Source: Candidatus Sumerlaeota bacterium (GTDB lineage: Bacteria > Bacillota > SLNR01). From it: a stretch of DNA of 64,000 nt. The stretch spans positions 20,504 through 84,503 of the forward strand of contig JAXGQE010000012.1 of assembly GCA_040766585.1 (NCBI GenBank), read 5' to 3'. The position numbers and the translations under genes were made by a program. Below are positions 1 through 9,356 of the stretch, piece by piece. How positions within the stretch are numbered: the stretch's first letter is position 1; the number at the start of each line of letters is the position of its first letter. Under the pieces are notes generated by a model, which ran no database searches, was not told where the DNA came from, and saw nothing but the letters and a program-made list of their open reading frames with translations.

Positions 1-575
1 TGCGCCTGCCATTCCTGCCTTTTAGCAGGAATGTCTTTCCACAGTACCTGAGGCAGGAAGATCGGTTTGTATCGATTCAGTGTTTGCCAGTGAGCGTCTT
101 TATCATCCCCGCAGCAGTCTTGAACCAGCGATACCAGATATCCGTTCTGGACGGCCGACGCTGTGGTCAACAGCACGCAGATAGAGGTGACCAGCCCTGC
201 GGTCAGCAGGAACCGTTTCCCTTTTTCTTTCAGGTAGGCATCCAGTTCCGGAAGGCAGAAACTATCAAATGTGTGTTTATAAAATACTTTCTCGCCATCC
301 ATCTCCCGGGCACATTCCAAAATGGCCTCTCCCGGGGTACCGGCCACACACGGTATCGTTCCTTTCAGTTTGTACGGCACCATCCAGTCGCTCCGATCGG
401 GTGCAAAACGGGCCCGGATGTGGACAATGTCAATGCCGATACGACGGCACAGATCCGTCAGTTTGCCGATATTGTCCGGGAAATCAGGAAAGGCTTTTTT
501 CACTTCCTCTTCCCAAAAGTCTTCTTGAACGTCAATCAGAAGCAGCGCAAACTCCTGCCATGAGGATTCATTCAT
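1..575 (-). CDS. Isochorismatase-family cysteine hydrolase, 3' end cut by window start. Absent from the ORF track because no stop is reached before position 1.
   Basis: Hand translation of the minus strand from ATG at 573-575 gives MNESSWQEFALLLIDVQEDFW...GLVTSICVLLTTASAVQNGYLVSLVQDCCGDD, the classic isochorismatase fold signature. The ATG overlaps the stop of the upstream flavodoxin-like gene (ATGAATGA). Confidence 0.75.
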   Translation of the reverse strand, partial: MNESSWQEFALLLIDVQEDFWEEEVKKAFPDFPDNIGKLTDLCRRIGIDIVHIRARFAPDRSDWMVPYKLKGTIPCVAGTPGEAILECAREMDGEKVFYKHTFDSFCLPELDAYLKEKGKRFLLTAGLVTSICVLLTTASAVQNGYLVSLVQDCCGDDKDAHWQTLNRYKPIFLPQVLWKDIPAKRQEWQA

Positions 576-1089
576 CGCTACCATCTCCTTGTTCGGATGC
601 TGGCTCCTTTGGATCTTCAGTCAGCTTACGGATAAATTCATCCATCGCTTCGTAGCGAATGTCTTCTGTATCGGTCTGGATCTTAGCGGCCTTTTTGGCT
701 ATGGTCCGGTCCATCCATCCCATTCGGCTTAGCCGAAACGCCCCGCCGAAGCATCCTTTGGCCGATGCATGAGCCAACAAAGCGGGAGGAACATTTTTCT
801 CCAGCTGCTGGTAGGCTTCATCTCCCCGGGCCATGCAGCAGATAAAAAGACCCAGCTTCCGAGCCAGCAGTTCCGATTCATACTTCTTTAAGAAGGCCGC
901 AACCTCTTTTTTCAGACGTCCGATATAGACCGGTCCTCCCACAATCACATGGGTATAATCGTTCCAGTTGATAATCAGATTCCCGGTGATCGGGTGACGG
1001 TCCGTTTCCAGAGGGATCTTCTTTTCCAGATACTCCGTACAGTCAGCCGTGGTCCCATACTTTGTCCCATAAAGAATCAGCACCTTCAT
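568..1089 (-). CDS. Flavodoxin-like protein
   Basis: MKVLILYGTKYGTTADCTEYL... flavodoxin-like N-terminus. RBS AAGGAGGTG lies upstream of the ATG at 1089. Confidence 0.7.
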   Translation of the reverse strand: MKVLILYGTKYGTTADCTEYLEKKIPLETDRHPITGNLIINWNDYTHVIVGGPVYIGRLKKEVAAFLKKYESELLARKLGLFICCMARGDEAYQQLEKNVPPALLAHASAKGCFGGAFRLSRMGWMDRTIAKKAAKIQTDTEDIRYEAMDEFIRKLTEDPKEPASEQGDGSDE

Positions 1090-1145
1090 GACTGCACCCA
1101 CCTCCTTGTATTGGCTGAAAAGCTTTTCCATCACCGATCCCCTGT

Positions 1146-3131
1146 CTACCTGGAATCAATCTGAATGATATGCTGTCCGCTGATCATCTCCCAGGAGACC
1201 CGGTAACCCATGCTTTGAAAGACAAAGCGCAGGGGTACATAAGTACGATTGTAGCGCAGAATATTATCGGTATCCATCTGCACCCTGCTTCCGTTGACGA
1301 TGATGTAGTCCTTATCGATGGGGATCTTGATGCTTTGATCATCCCAGTAGATTTCGGCCTGGTACAGCCCCTGATTCCAGTCCACCGTCGCCCCCAGAAA
1401 CTCAGCGACCCGTCGAACCGGCAGCATGGTTCGACCGTCTCGAATAAACGGGGCACCGCTTCCTGAACTGAATGGTATCTTATCGCCGTTGTTGAAGACA
1501 ACGATATACTCATAGACAGGCATTCCAACTCGCTCCACCACATCTCCGTGATAGCGAACCGCCATGGCATTGGCGTAACTCTTGCTTTGATAGTCGTGGA
1601 AGAATTTTCCTCCCACATAGACCCGGTACAGGAAATACCCTTTGTTGATCACATACTCCATGGACCTATACGGCAGAAGCTGCAAACGGGCATATTCTTC
1701 TTCATAATATTTTTCCTGAATCGGATACACCCTTTCCGGTGTAGTTTCCACCGTCAGTGCCGGTTTCTGCAGCAGATTCACGGCAAAATGGGTCAGGTAC
1801 CCGGCAGCGCTGTCATAGCTTACATAGTGAATGGGGGTATATCCGGTAACTGCAGCGGCTACCTCTGCCAGAGGCCTCAGCTGGTTCTGGTTGAATGAGT
1901 CCGAAAAATATTCTTTCATATAGTAAATGACACGACCCATGCTGTGGTAGCTTAAAAGCGCCCTGAACGGGTAGCGGGCAATGTACGACTGCACCATGGC
2001 TGTCTCCACGCAAGATGCCGGGTACGGGCCCGGATAATTTTCCATAGCCGGTTCTGTGGGCATCTCCGAATTTTTCGTGTAGAACTGATTGATCCATGAG
2101 CCGGTGCTGACACTGTAGTACATATCCTGAAAATTCTTATTCCGATCGACTCCGTCAATCCCGGCTTTCAGAAGGGTTACGCTTTGTCCGTCCAGAATAT
2201 TCATGAGTTTTTGCCGCAGTGTTTCGTTTTGAATGGATTCGGGTCCGTGCTTGACCGCATCGTACCCGTCCGGATTGCTGAGAATCAGGAAATGGAAGGT
2301 CCCCTGAAGGAGGATCTCTCCCACATGAATACCCTCAATGGCGGTATCATCCGAGGCATCCAGACAATAATCTTCGATGGTCCTCATCAGCAGATAGGGA
2401 TTGATGGTTTCCCGGGAATGAGCCCCTGCCTCCATCAGCAGCTGATACCGCTTGATATATAGTTCTTCGTAGGAGCGCTCCTGGATGCCTTCAGCCAGTA
2501 CCAGCACAAATACGGGTCGTCCATCGGCCGAATACCCCAGTGTTTCCAGTCGCAAAAGATCCGGAAAGGCCGCGGCCAGGGCTTCCGCTTTGGCGTAAAA
2601 ATCAAATGCCGTATACAAAAATGCCTCTTCGGGCACCACAATGCGTTCATAGCCCATGGGGACAATGACCGGGAGCGGCAATACGGTAGAAGAGTCATCA
2701 CCTATGACCGAGTCAAAAGCTTCCGGCTGAGTCCCATCTTCGCTGGGGATGTCCCCGTCCGGTTCACCAGCTGACGGGTCCGGATCGGTTGATGGGGCCT
2801 CTGTTTCGTGCTCTTCTTCCGGAGGAACCGGCTCTTCCGGGGTGTCTGTTTCTGCGGGAGCATCCACATCCGGAATCTCGCCGGGTTCATCAGAAAGCGG
2901 GAGATCATCCGGGTCCTGGAATCCAGGGGACTCTTCTGGTTCTTCGGGAAGCTGGGGTTCCGGTTTCACGGCTTCTTGAGCATTCTGATTGTCGTCATCG
3001 TCAGTCACAAAGGGAGACAGCACCCTGCTTTTTTCATCCATCCCATTGGATTCATGGGCCAGGACGGTATACGGTATGAGGAGCATCCACACCAGGGATA
3101 CTATCAGCAAACCAATCGGGATTCTTCTCAT
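1146..3131 (-). CDS. Secreted M14 zinc carboxypeptidase (gamma-D-glutamyl-diamino acid peptidase-like) with N-terminal signal peptide, ~110-aa acidic Pro/Glu/Asp-rich linker and C-terminal copper amine oxidase N-terminal-like domain
   Basis: Signal peptide MRRIPIGLLIVSLVWMLLIPYTVLA. HSRE (HxxE) zinc motif, SNPDGYD and LLSYHSMG M14 signatures. C-terminal FSSGSGAPFIRDGRTMLPVRRVAEFLGATVDWN matches the CuAO-N/stalk domain. RBS AAGGAGGCGACGAC before the ATG. Confidence 0.75.
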   Translation of the reverse strand: MRRIPIGLLIVSLVWMLLIPYTVLAHESNGMDEKSRVLSPFVTDDDDNQNAQEAVKPEPQLPEEPEESPGFQDPDDLPLSDEPGEIPDVDAPAETDTPEEPVPPEEEHETEAPSTDPDPSAGEPDGDIPSEDGTQPEAFDSVIGDDSSTVLPLPVIVPMGYERIVVPEEAFLYTAFDFYAKAEALAAAFPDLLRLETLGYSADGRPVFVLVLAEGIQERSYEELYIKRYQLLMEAGAHSRETINPYLLMRTIEDYCLDASDDTAIEGIHVGEILLQGTFHFLILSNPDGYDAVKHGPESIQNETLRQKLMNILDGQSVTLLKAGIDGVDRNKNFQDMYYSVSTGSWINQFYTKNSEMPTEPAMENYPGPYPASCVETAMVQSYIARYPFRALLSYHSMGRVIYYMKEYFSDSFNQNQLRPLAEVAAAVTGYTPIHYVSYDSAAGYLTHFAVNLLQKPALTVETTPERVYPIQEKYYEEEYARLQLLPYRSMEYVINKGYFLYRVYVGGKFFHDYQSKSYANAMAVRYHGDVVERVGMPVYEYIVVFNNGDKIPFSSGSGAPFIRDGRTMLPVRRVAEFLGATVDWNQGLYQAEIYWDDQSIKIPIDKDYIIVNGSRVQMDTDNILRYNRTYVPLRFVFQSMGYRVSWEMISGQHIIQIDSR

Positions 3132-3235
3132 GTCGTCGCCTCCTTGTGTTGTTAGTCTCAAATTCTAGAAAATTCATTCTTTTCCTTCTCCTGTATCGTT
3201 TTTATTGAGATCCTGGCCATCTTCCTGATGCATGA

Positions 3236-3270
3236 AAACAAAAAGGAAAGACCAACCGGTCTTTCCTTCA
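3236..3270 (-). terminator. Rho-independent terminator downstream of gatB
   Basis: ggaaagacc-aacc-ggtctttcc 9-bp stem, followed on the minus strand by a T run (tttttgtttt). Confidence 0.6.
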
Positions 3271-3315
3271 AATCACCTATTTCGTCCCTTGCAGCCGGCT
3301 TCGATCTGCCCTGGG

Positions 3316-4752
3316 TTATTCATCCATGAGTTTTCTCAGTATCTCGTTGGCTTTTTCCGGATTTGCCTGTCCTTTGGTGGCCTTCATCATCTGTCCCACC
3401 AAAAACCCCATGGCCTGCTTCTTGCCGCTGCGAAAATCATCCACGGGTTTGGGATGATCCGCAATAATCGTTCGGGCAACATCTTCCAGCGCCTGGTCAT
3501 CGCTGATCTGGCTGTAGCCTTTTTCCCGAATCACAGCATCCGGGTCCTTTCTCTCACAGTACATGATTTCCAGTACATCTTTACCCATTTTCCCGCTGAT
3601 GGTCCCGGCATCAATCCTCTGAACCAGTTGAGCCAGGTGTGCCGGACTTACCGGGGACTCAGTGACTGCCGTGTTGGTGCTGCGCAGCATCCGTATCAGT
3701 TCTGCCTGGATCCAGTTGCATATTTTTTTCGGTTCCGGATAGACCGCCACCGCCGCTTCAAAATACAAGGCCATATCTTTTTCCCGGCTCAGCTGGTAGG
3801 CATCGTATTCGGACAGATCCCATTGCGACATGTATCGAGCTCGCTTCGCAGCAGGCAATTCCGGCATGGCATCGCGAATCTCGCCTAGCCATGCGTCGTC
3901 CACCTCAATGTATCCCAGCTCCGGATCCGGGTACACGCGGTAATCCGGAAACTCTTTGGACCGCATGGATACTGTGATTTCCTTCGTTTCGTCCCAGGTC
4001 CGGGTTTCCTGAATGACTCGTTTTCCTTTCTGAAAAAGAGCCGACTGCCGTTTAATCTCATACAGCAGGGCTTTATGCAATGCTTTGGTGGAATTCATAT
4101 TCTTGATTTCCACTTTTGCGTGGAGAACATCCGTCCCGGCTTCCCGGACGGAAATATTGCCATCACAGCGGAAAGACCCTTCCTCCATGCGGCATTCTGA
4201 CACATCCCCGTAGCGCAGGATAGCCCGCAGATTTTCCAGATACGATACCGCCTCGTCCGCACTGCGGATATCCGGATGCGAAACAATCTCTATCAGCGGT
4301 ACCCCGGAACGGTTCAAATCCACCAGTGATCCCCGTGCCGTGGTAATGGTATCACCATCATGAACCAGTTTTCCGGCATCTTCCTCCAGGTGAATCTGAC
4401 GGATACGAATGCGCTTGGCTCCTTGTTCGGTTTCGATTTCCAGACTGCCCTCCTGACCGATGGGATCAAAAACCTGGCTGATCTGATACGATTTCGGCAT
4501 ATCCGGGTAAAAGTAGTTTTTCCGGTCAAACCCTCCCAGCCGGGCAATCTGACAGTCCAGGCTGAGGCTGGCCATGATGGCTTTATCCACAGCCTTTTTA
4601 TTGAGAACCGGCATGGCTCCGGGCATCCCCAGACAGACCGGACAGACCTGTGTGTTGGCTTCTGCACCGAAAGAGGTGCTGCAGCTGCAGAACAGTTTAC
4701 TCTCCGTACTTAATTCCACGTGCACTTCCAGACCTATAACCGCTTCGATCAA
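3316..4752 (-). CDS. gatB: Asp-tRNA(Asn)/Glu-tRNA(Gln) amidotransferase subunit B
   Basis: LIEAVIGLEVHVELSTESKLFCSC...PVCLGMPG is a strong GatB signature. Probable TTG start at 4752 with G-rich RBS. Confidence 0.9.
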   Translation of the reverse strand: MIEAVIGLEVHVELSTESKLFCSCSTSFGAEANTQVCPVCLGMPGAMPVLNKKAVDKAIMASLSLDCQIARLGGFDRKNYFYPDMPKSYQISQVFDPIGQEGSLEIETEQGAKRIRIRQIHLEEDAGKLVHDGDTITTARGSLVDLNRSGVPLIEIVSHPDIRSADEAVSYLENLRAILRYGDVSECRMEEGSFRCDGNISVREAGTDVLHAKVEIKNMNSTKALHKALLYEIKRQSALFQKGKRVIQETRTWDETKEITVSMRSKEFPDYRVYPDPELGYIEVDDAWLGEIRDAMPELPAAKRARYMSQWDLSEYDAYQLSREKDMALYFEAAVAVYPEPKKICNWIQAELIRMLRSTNTAVTESPVSPAHLAQLVQRIDAGTISGKMGKDVLEIMYCERKDPDAVIREKGYSQISDDQALEDVARTIIADHPKPVDDFRSGKKQAMGFLVGQMMKATKGQANPEKANEILRKLMDE

Positions 4753-4765
4753 TGCAAACCCCCCT

Positions 4766-6166
4766 CTATCGTCCGGTACCGGATGGAATGCGATCCCAGT
4801 CGATTTCCATCCGTACTTTGTCGGCTGCCGCAAACAGCAGTGATTCTGACATAGCGCGGCCCACCAGCTGTACGCCCACCGGCCTGCTTTCCACCATGCC
4901 GGCCGGGAATGTCAGCGCCGGCAGACCGGCCAGATTGGCGCAGGCGCCCCACAGTGCTGCGTATTTTTGGGTCGATTCGCTGGATGCTTCCACCGGCATC
5001 AGCAGACAGTCAAATCGGGAAAGAGCATGGGCAAAATGCTGGATGATGCGTGTACGCAGACGAGCTGCCTGACTATAAAAGCTTTCATACCCCTGTGTAC
5101 TGAGAAAGTGGGTACCCAACAGAATCTTTTCTTTGGTCTGGCCATTCAGACCCTCCTGTCGGGTCTTCAGATACATGCTGAGTACATCGCCGGCCTCCCG
5201 GTTCCGGTATCCGTAGCGGACCCCGTCGTAGCGGGCCAGCGCGGAACTGGCTTCAGCACACAGAAGGACATAGGCCGCCATGCGGGCGTCGTCCAGATCG
5301 GGCATCTCGAATTTTTCCACACGGGCACCCGATTCCACCAGCTTCTCTGCAGTTTGCATAACCGCATCCTGACTGATCCCATCAGCCGCTTCCAGAAAAG
5401 AAACAGGGATTCCCACACATACTTCTTTCCAATCCATCTCCCGGTCCGGCAAGACGCCGGGATCATCGAGTACTGTGCTATCGAAAGGATCCTGACCCAC
5501 CATAACTCTCCATACCTGCTGGCAGTCCTGGGGATTCCTGGCTGCAATACCCACATGCTCCATGGAGGGAACCGCTGTGGCAACGCCGTGTCGGGAAAGG
5601 GTCGGGAATGTGGGTTTGATGGCTGTCAGTCCACAGGCGGCCGCATCCATACGCAGCTCGCCCACAGAATCTGTGCCCAGAGCAAACCATACCTGCCCAG
5701 AAGCAACTGCTGCCGCAGCCCCGCTGACACTTTTCCACTTTCCATCGGCATCCCACGGATTCTGGGTTTTGCCAAACACCGAATGGTCTGACCCGGGCAG
5801 GAGGCCAAATTCATTGCTGTTGAGCTTCCCGGTGAAAACCCCTCCCTGCTGAAGAATCCTCTCAACCACTGTCGCATGGTACCCGGGGACATAATTTTGA
5901 AGCATTTTCGATGAGCATGTCATCGGCAGTCCCTGAACAGCGAAGGTATCCTGAACGGCAAACGGGATCCCGAACAGATCCAGATCTTCGTCCCCCTTCC
6001 CATCCGCTCCCGGGTCCGATGGCTCGACCCAGGCAGTGTAGGCCCGAATCTTCGCATCCATGCTTCGATGACGAAAAACAGACTGTTCCAGCAAACTGCC
6101 GGCTGTAATCTCTTTCTCTTTCATTTTTTTATGAATGGTTTGAATGGTATCCGTCAATGCAACCAT
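4766..6166 (-). CDS. gatA: Asp-tRNA(Asn)/Glu-tRNA(Gln) amidotransferase subunit A (amidase)
   Basis: Amidase signature GGSSGG-like region (SVSGAAAAVASGQVWFALGTDSVGELR) with gatA-like ends. RBS AGGGAGGAAGATC before the ATG. Confidence 0.9.
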   Translation of the reverse strand: MVALTDTIQTIHKKMKEKEITAGSLLEQSVFRHRSMDAKIRAYTAWVEPSDPGADGKGDEDLDLFGIPFAVQDTFAVQGLPMTCSSKMLQNYVPGYHATVVERILQQGGVFTGKLNSNEFGLLPGSDHSVFGKTQNPWDADGKWKSVSGAAAAVASGQVWFALGTDSVGELRMDAAACGLTAIKPTFPTLSRHGVATAVPSMEHVGIAARNPQDCQQVWRVMVGQDPFDSTVLDDPGVLPDREMDWKEVCVGIPVSFLEAADGISQDAVMQTAEKLVESGARVEKFEMPDLDDARMAAYVLLCAEASSALARYDGVRYGYRNREAGDVLSMYLKTRQEGLNGQTKEKILLGTHFLSTQGYESFYSQAARLRTRIIQHFAHALSRFDCLLMPVEASSESTQKYAALWGACANLAGLPALTFPAGMVESRPVGVQLVGRAMSESLLFAAADKVRMEIDWDRIPSGTGR

Positions 6167-6180
6167 GATCTTCCTCCCTG

Positions 6181-6462
6181 CTAGATAATCCGGGGAACCC
6201 GGAAATAGTGGTCCTGAACATCCGGAGCACTGCTCAGGTTCTGTTCTTCAGAAAATACCTGCTCCACTTGATCCTTGCGGAACACATTTTTTTGTGGAGC
6301 AATCCGCCCTGTTTGAACCGTATCGGCTAAATCCATCTCTGTCAGGGCAGTCAACTCTTCCATTGCCTGATTCAGGCTTTGCAGATAAGTTTCCTCTTCT
6401 CCGCTGATCTCAATCCGGGCTGCTATGGCGATCCGCCGGAGATCCTCTTGGTCTATGTGCAC
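6181..6462 (-). CDS. gatC: Asp-tRNA(Asn)/Glu-tRNA(Gln) amidotransferase subunit C
   Basis: HIDQEDLRRIAIAARIEISGEE...is typical GatC. GTG start preceded by AGGAGGAAACACA. Confidence 0.85.
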   Translation of the reverse strand: MHIDQEDLRRIAIAARIEISGEEETYLQSLNQAMEELTALTEMDLADTVQTGRIAPQKNVFRKDQVEQVFSEEQNLSSAPDVQDHYFRVPRII

Positions 6463-6598
6463 TGTGTTTCCTCCTTCATTCCGGCACATGAGTAATGAGC
6501 CGGCTCTGGAATTGACAAGCGTTTCTTACTCTTCTTCATCGACTGGCAATTTCCTTTCTTTTTCCATGTCCGGATTGAAAGAGGAAATAGGAGGGAGA

Positions 6599-9088
6599 AT
6601 GAGAATCATACTGTATCGGTTCGAATCAGGAAAGGTGGGATCCCAATTGGAACATTTTGAAAAAATGGGAGTATTGTATCTCGGCCGTCCGGTGGACATT
6701 CAAGATCGACGCCCCCTGGAAGGGTATCTCCTCTACGATTCCCGCGATCTGGTGACCCACGGCATGTGTGTAGGAATGACCGGCAGCGGGAAAACAGGCC
6801 TCTGCATCGGCCTTCTGGAAGAAGCCGCCATGGATCGCATCCCGGCCATCATTATTGACCCCAAGGGGGACATGACCAATCTTCTTCTAACTTTTCCGGA
6901 TCTTTCCCCGGATGATTTTCGGCCCTGGATCAACGAAGACGATGCCCGCAGAAAATCTCTGACCAACGATGAATATGCTGCCCAGCAGGCCGAACTGTGG
7001 AAAAAGGGCCTGGCCTCCTGGGGCCAGGATGGGGAACGAATCCGCCAGCTGCGTAGCGCTGCCCATTTTAAGATCTATACACCGGGGAGCTCTGCCGGTA
7101 CCCAGGTATCCATTCTGAAATCATTTGCCGCTCCGCCGGAAGTGATCCGCAGCGATTCGGAAATTTTCCAGGAACAGGTCAGCAGTGCGGCCACCAGCCT
7201 TCTGGCATTAATGGGAATTGCCGCGGATCCCATGCAGTCCCGGGAGCACATCCTGCTGGCCACGCTATTTAACCATTACTGGCTGCAGGGAACCGATGTG
7301 GATTTGCCGCTGCTGATCCAAAGCATACAAGCCCCACCGGTTTCACAGATCGGTGTTATGAGTATTGAATCGTTCTATCCTTCTCAGGAGCGCTTTTCGC
7401 TGGCACTGAAATTAAACAATCTCCTGGCTTCCCCCAGTTTCAGCACATGGATCGAGGGTGTTCCTCTGGACATCGACCAAATCCTGTATTCACCGGATGG
7501 AAAACCGCAGCACGCCATCTTTTCCATCAATCATTTGAGCGATGCTGAAAGAATGTTTTTTGTTACCCTTCTACTGAACCGTGTCTTAAACTGGGTACGG
7601 ATGCAGAGCGGTACCAGCAGTCTCCGGGCTATTTTGTATATGGATGAAATCTTCGGGTTCTTCCCGCCTGTGGCCAATCCGCCCTCCAAACTCCCGCTTC
7701 TGACCCTTCTGAAGCAGGCTCGGGCTTATGGCCTGGGCATCATGCTGACCACCCAGAATCCGGTGGATTTAGACTATAAGGGGTTATCCAACATCGGTAC
7801 CTGGTTTATCGGAAGACTTCAGACCGAACGGGACAAAATGAAGGTCATGGAAGGATTGGAGAGTGCTTCCGAGGCTCAGAGCAAATCCTTTTCACGCAGT
7901 GATATGGATCGCATTTTGGGTTCTCTGGGCAATCGGGTCTTTTTGATGAACAATGTGCACGATTCGGAACCGGTGCTGTTTGAAACCCGCTGGTGTATGT
8001 CTTATCTGAGGGGGCCCATGACCCGGGACCAGATTCGCAAACTAAGCGCTGCTGGTGACGCCCTCCACAATCCGTCCATACTAGCTCCTGCCCCGAAAGA
8101 AGTACTACCGGCTTCCGCCCTGGAACGGGCCCTGCCGCCGGTACTCCCTCCGGGAGTCCATCAATATTTTGTCCCGGTGGAAGACCGCCGGGCAGATAAC
8201 AATCTGGTCTACCATCCGGTCCTGCTGGGTCAGGGCGATATCGAGTTTTCGGACCGTAAATACAAGATTCATCATGAACGCCGGGTAACGGCCTACATTG
8301 ATTTCCCTGCCGGCCACGAACCCACCGACTGGGACCGCCGGAGAGGCCTGTCCATGACAGAGGATCACTTTCTCAGCAGCCCGGAAGCCAATGCTGTGTT
8401 TGAGGATCTTCCGGAAGCAGCTGGAGCCGCAAAAAACTACAAAAGCTGGGCTGACGACCTGTCCGACTGGCTGTATCGAAATTCAACGCTGCCGCTGACC
8501 TACTGCCCTGCCCTGGATCTGCTGTCTGAACCGGAAGAAGACCAGCGGGATTTCCGCATTCGTCTGCAGCAGGCTTCCCGGGAGAAACGGGACGAAGAAA
8601 TCGGCAAATTGCGTGCTCGTTATGAATCCAGGATCCGATCCCTGGAGGAACGGATCCGCAAAGCAGAACAGCAGGTTGAGCGGGAAGCGGGCAAGGCCAA
8701 ACAGCAGCAAACCCAGACAGCCATCGCCCTGGGATCCACGCTCCTTTCATCCCTGTTCGGGAGAAAAGCTGTTACCTCCACTTCACTGAGCCGGATGGCG
8801 ACCACAGCCCGCAGCGCCAGCCGCATTGGCAATGCCAAAGACAGTCTCCGAAGAAGCCAGGAGAATGTTGAAAATCTGATGGCCCAGCTGGAAGAACTGG
8901 AAAGCGAATTCCGGACTGAATCCGATCAGATCGCCGACGCACTGGACCCGCAGACAGTGAGCTGTGAAACCTATGAAGTGAAACCCACCCGCAAAGGAAT
9001 CCATGTGCGAAGCACTGCATTGGTTTGGCTTCCCTACCGGAAGACAGATGCAGGGTCCATGGAAGCCGCCTGGGAGTCCCGCCGGTGA
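6599..9088 (+). CDS. HerA/FtsK-superfamily (DUF87/DUF853-like) P-loop ATPase with ~350-aa C-terminal extension containing a coiled coil
   Basis: Walker A GMTGSGKTGL. Walker B and TQ motif ILYMDEIFGFF...GIMLTTQNPVDLD. C-terminal heptad-like RDEEIGKLRARYESRIRSLEERIRKAEQQVERE. RBS GGAGGGAGA before the ATG at 6599. Confidence 0.75.
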   Translation: MRIILYRFESGKVGSQLEHFEKMGVLYLGRPVDIQDRRPLEGYLLYDSRDLVTHGMCVGMTGSGKTGLCIGLLEEAAMDRIPAIIIDPKGDMTNLLLTFPDLSPDDFRPWINEDDARRKSLTNDEYAAQQAELWKKGLASWGQDGERIRQLRSAAHFKIYTPGSSAGTQVSILKSFAAPPEVIRSDSEIFQEQVSSAATSLLALMGIAADPMQSREHILLATLFNHYWLQGTDVDLPLLIQSIQAPPVSQIGVMSIESFYPSQERFSLALKLNNLLASPSFSTWIEGVPLDIDQILYSPDGKPQHAIFSINHLSDAERMFFVTLLLNRVLNWVRMQSGTSSLRAILYMDEIFGFFPPVANPPSKLPLLTLLKQARAYGLGIMLTTQNPVDLDYKGLSNIGTWFIGRLQTERDKMKVMEGLESASEAQSKSFSRSDMDRILGSLGNRVFLMNNVHDSEPVLFETRWCMSYLRGPMTRDQIRKLSAAGDALHNPSILAPAPKEVLPASALERALPPVLPPGVHQYFVPVEDRRADNNLVYHPVLLGQGDIEFSDRKYKIHHERRVTAYIDFPAGHEPTDWDRRRGLSMTEDHFLSSPEANAVFEDLPEAAGAAKNYKSWADDLSDWLYRNSTLPLTYCPALDLLSEPEEDQRDFRIRLQQASREKRDEEIGKLRARYESRIRSLEERIRKAEQQVEREAGKAKQQQTQTAIALGSTLLSSLFGRKAVTSTSLSRMATTARSASRIGNAKDSLRRSQENVENLMAQLEELESEFRTESDQIADALDPQTVSCETYEVKPTRKGIHVRSTALVWLPYRKTDAGSMEAAWESRR

Positions 9089-9298
9089 CACGGTATAGCA
9101 TGTAGCAATCGCTTCGCTGGAATGACAGAAACGAGCTCCGCTGTACATGGAGGACCATGAAACAGTTGCAGCTTATCCGCTACCGCAAACCGGCTGTCAG
9201 AAATCCATCTGAAAAATCAGCCGGAGACCGGATATCCTGCATCCATAGAAACAGAACATACCGCCATCTCTTTTTCTCGAATGTTCTGAGTGTAAAAC

Positions 9299-9333
9299 AA
9301 AGCACCTTTCTATTGTATATAGAAAGGTGCTTG
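9299..9333. terminator. Bidirectional intrinsic terminator between convergent ATPase and lipoprotein genes
   Basis: Perfect 14-bp stem aagcacctttctat/atagaaaggtgctt with a 5-nt loop, T-rich flanks on both strands. Confidence 0.6.
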
Positions 9334-9356
9334 AGTATATTTCGGACATATTTTCT

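Noticed and set aside
84-563. 159-aa plus-strand ORF at the window start
   Set aside because: The opposite strand encodes a clean isochorismatase-family protein. The plus ORF has no motifs and a TTG start with no RBS, so it is an antisense artifact.
2749-3155. Ser/Gly-rich plus-strand ORFs (76, 96, 115 aa)
   Set aside because: Antisense to the acidic low-complexity linker of the M14 peptidase. Their composition mirrors the codon complement.
8105-9148. Multiple 75-128 aa ORFs on both strands within and after the ATPase gene
   Set aside because: Antisense or out-of-frame overlaps of the HerA-like ATPase coding region (GC-rich frame artifacts).
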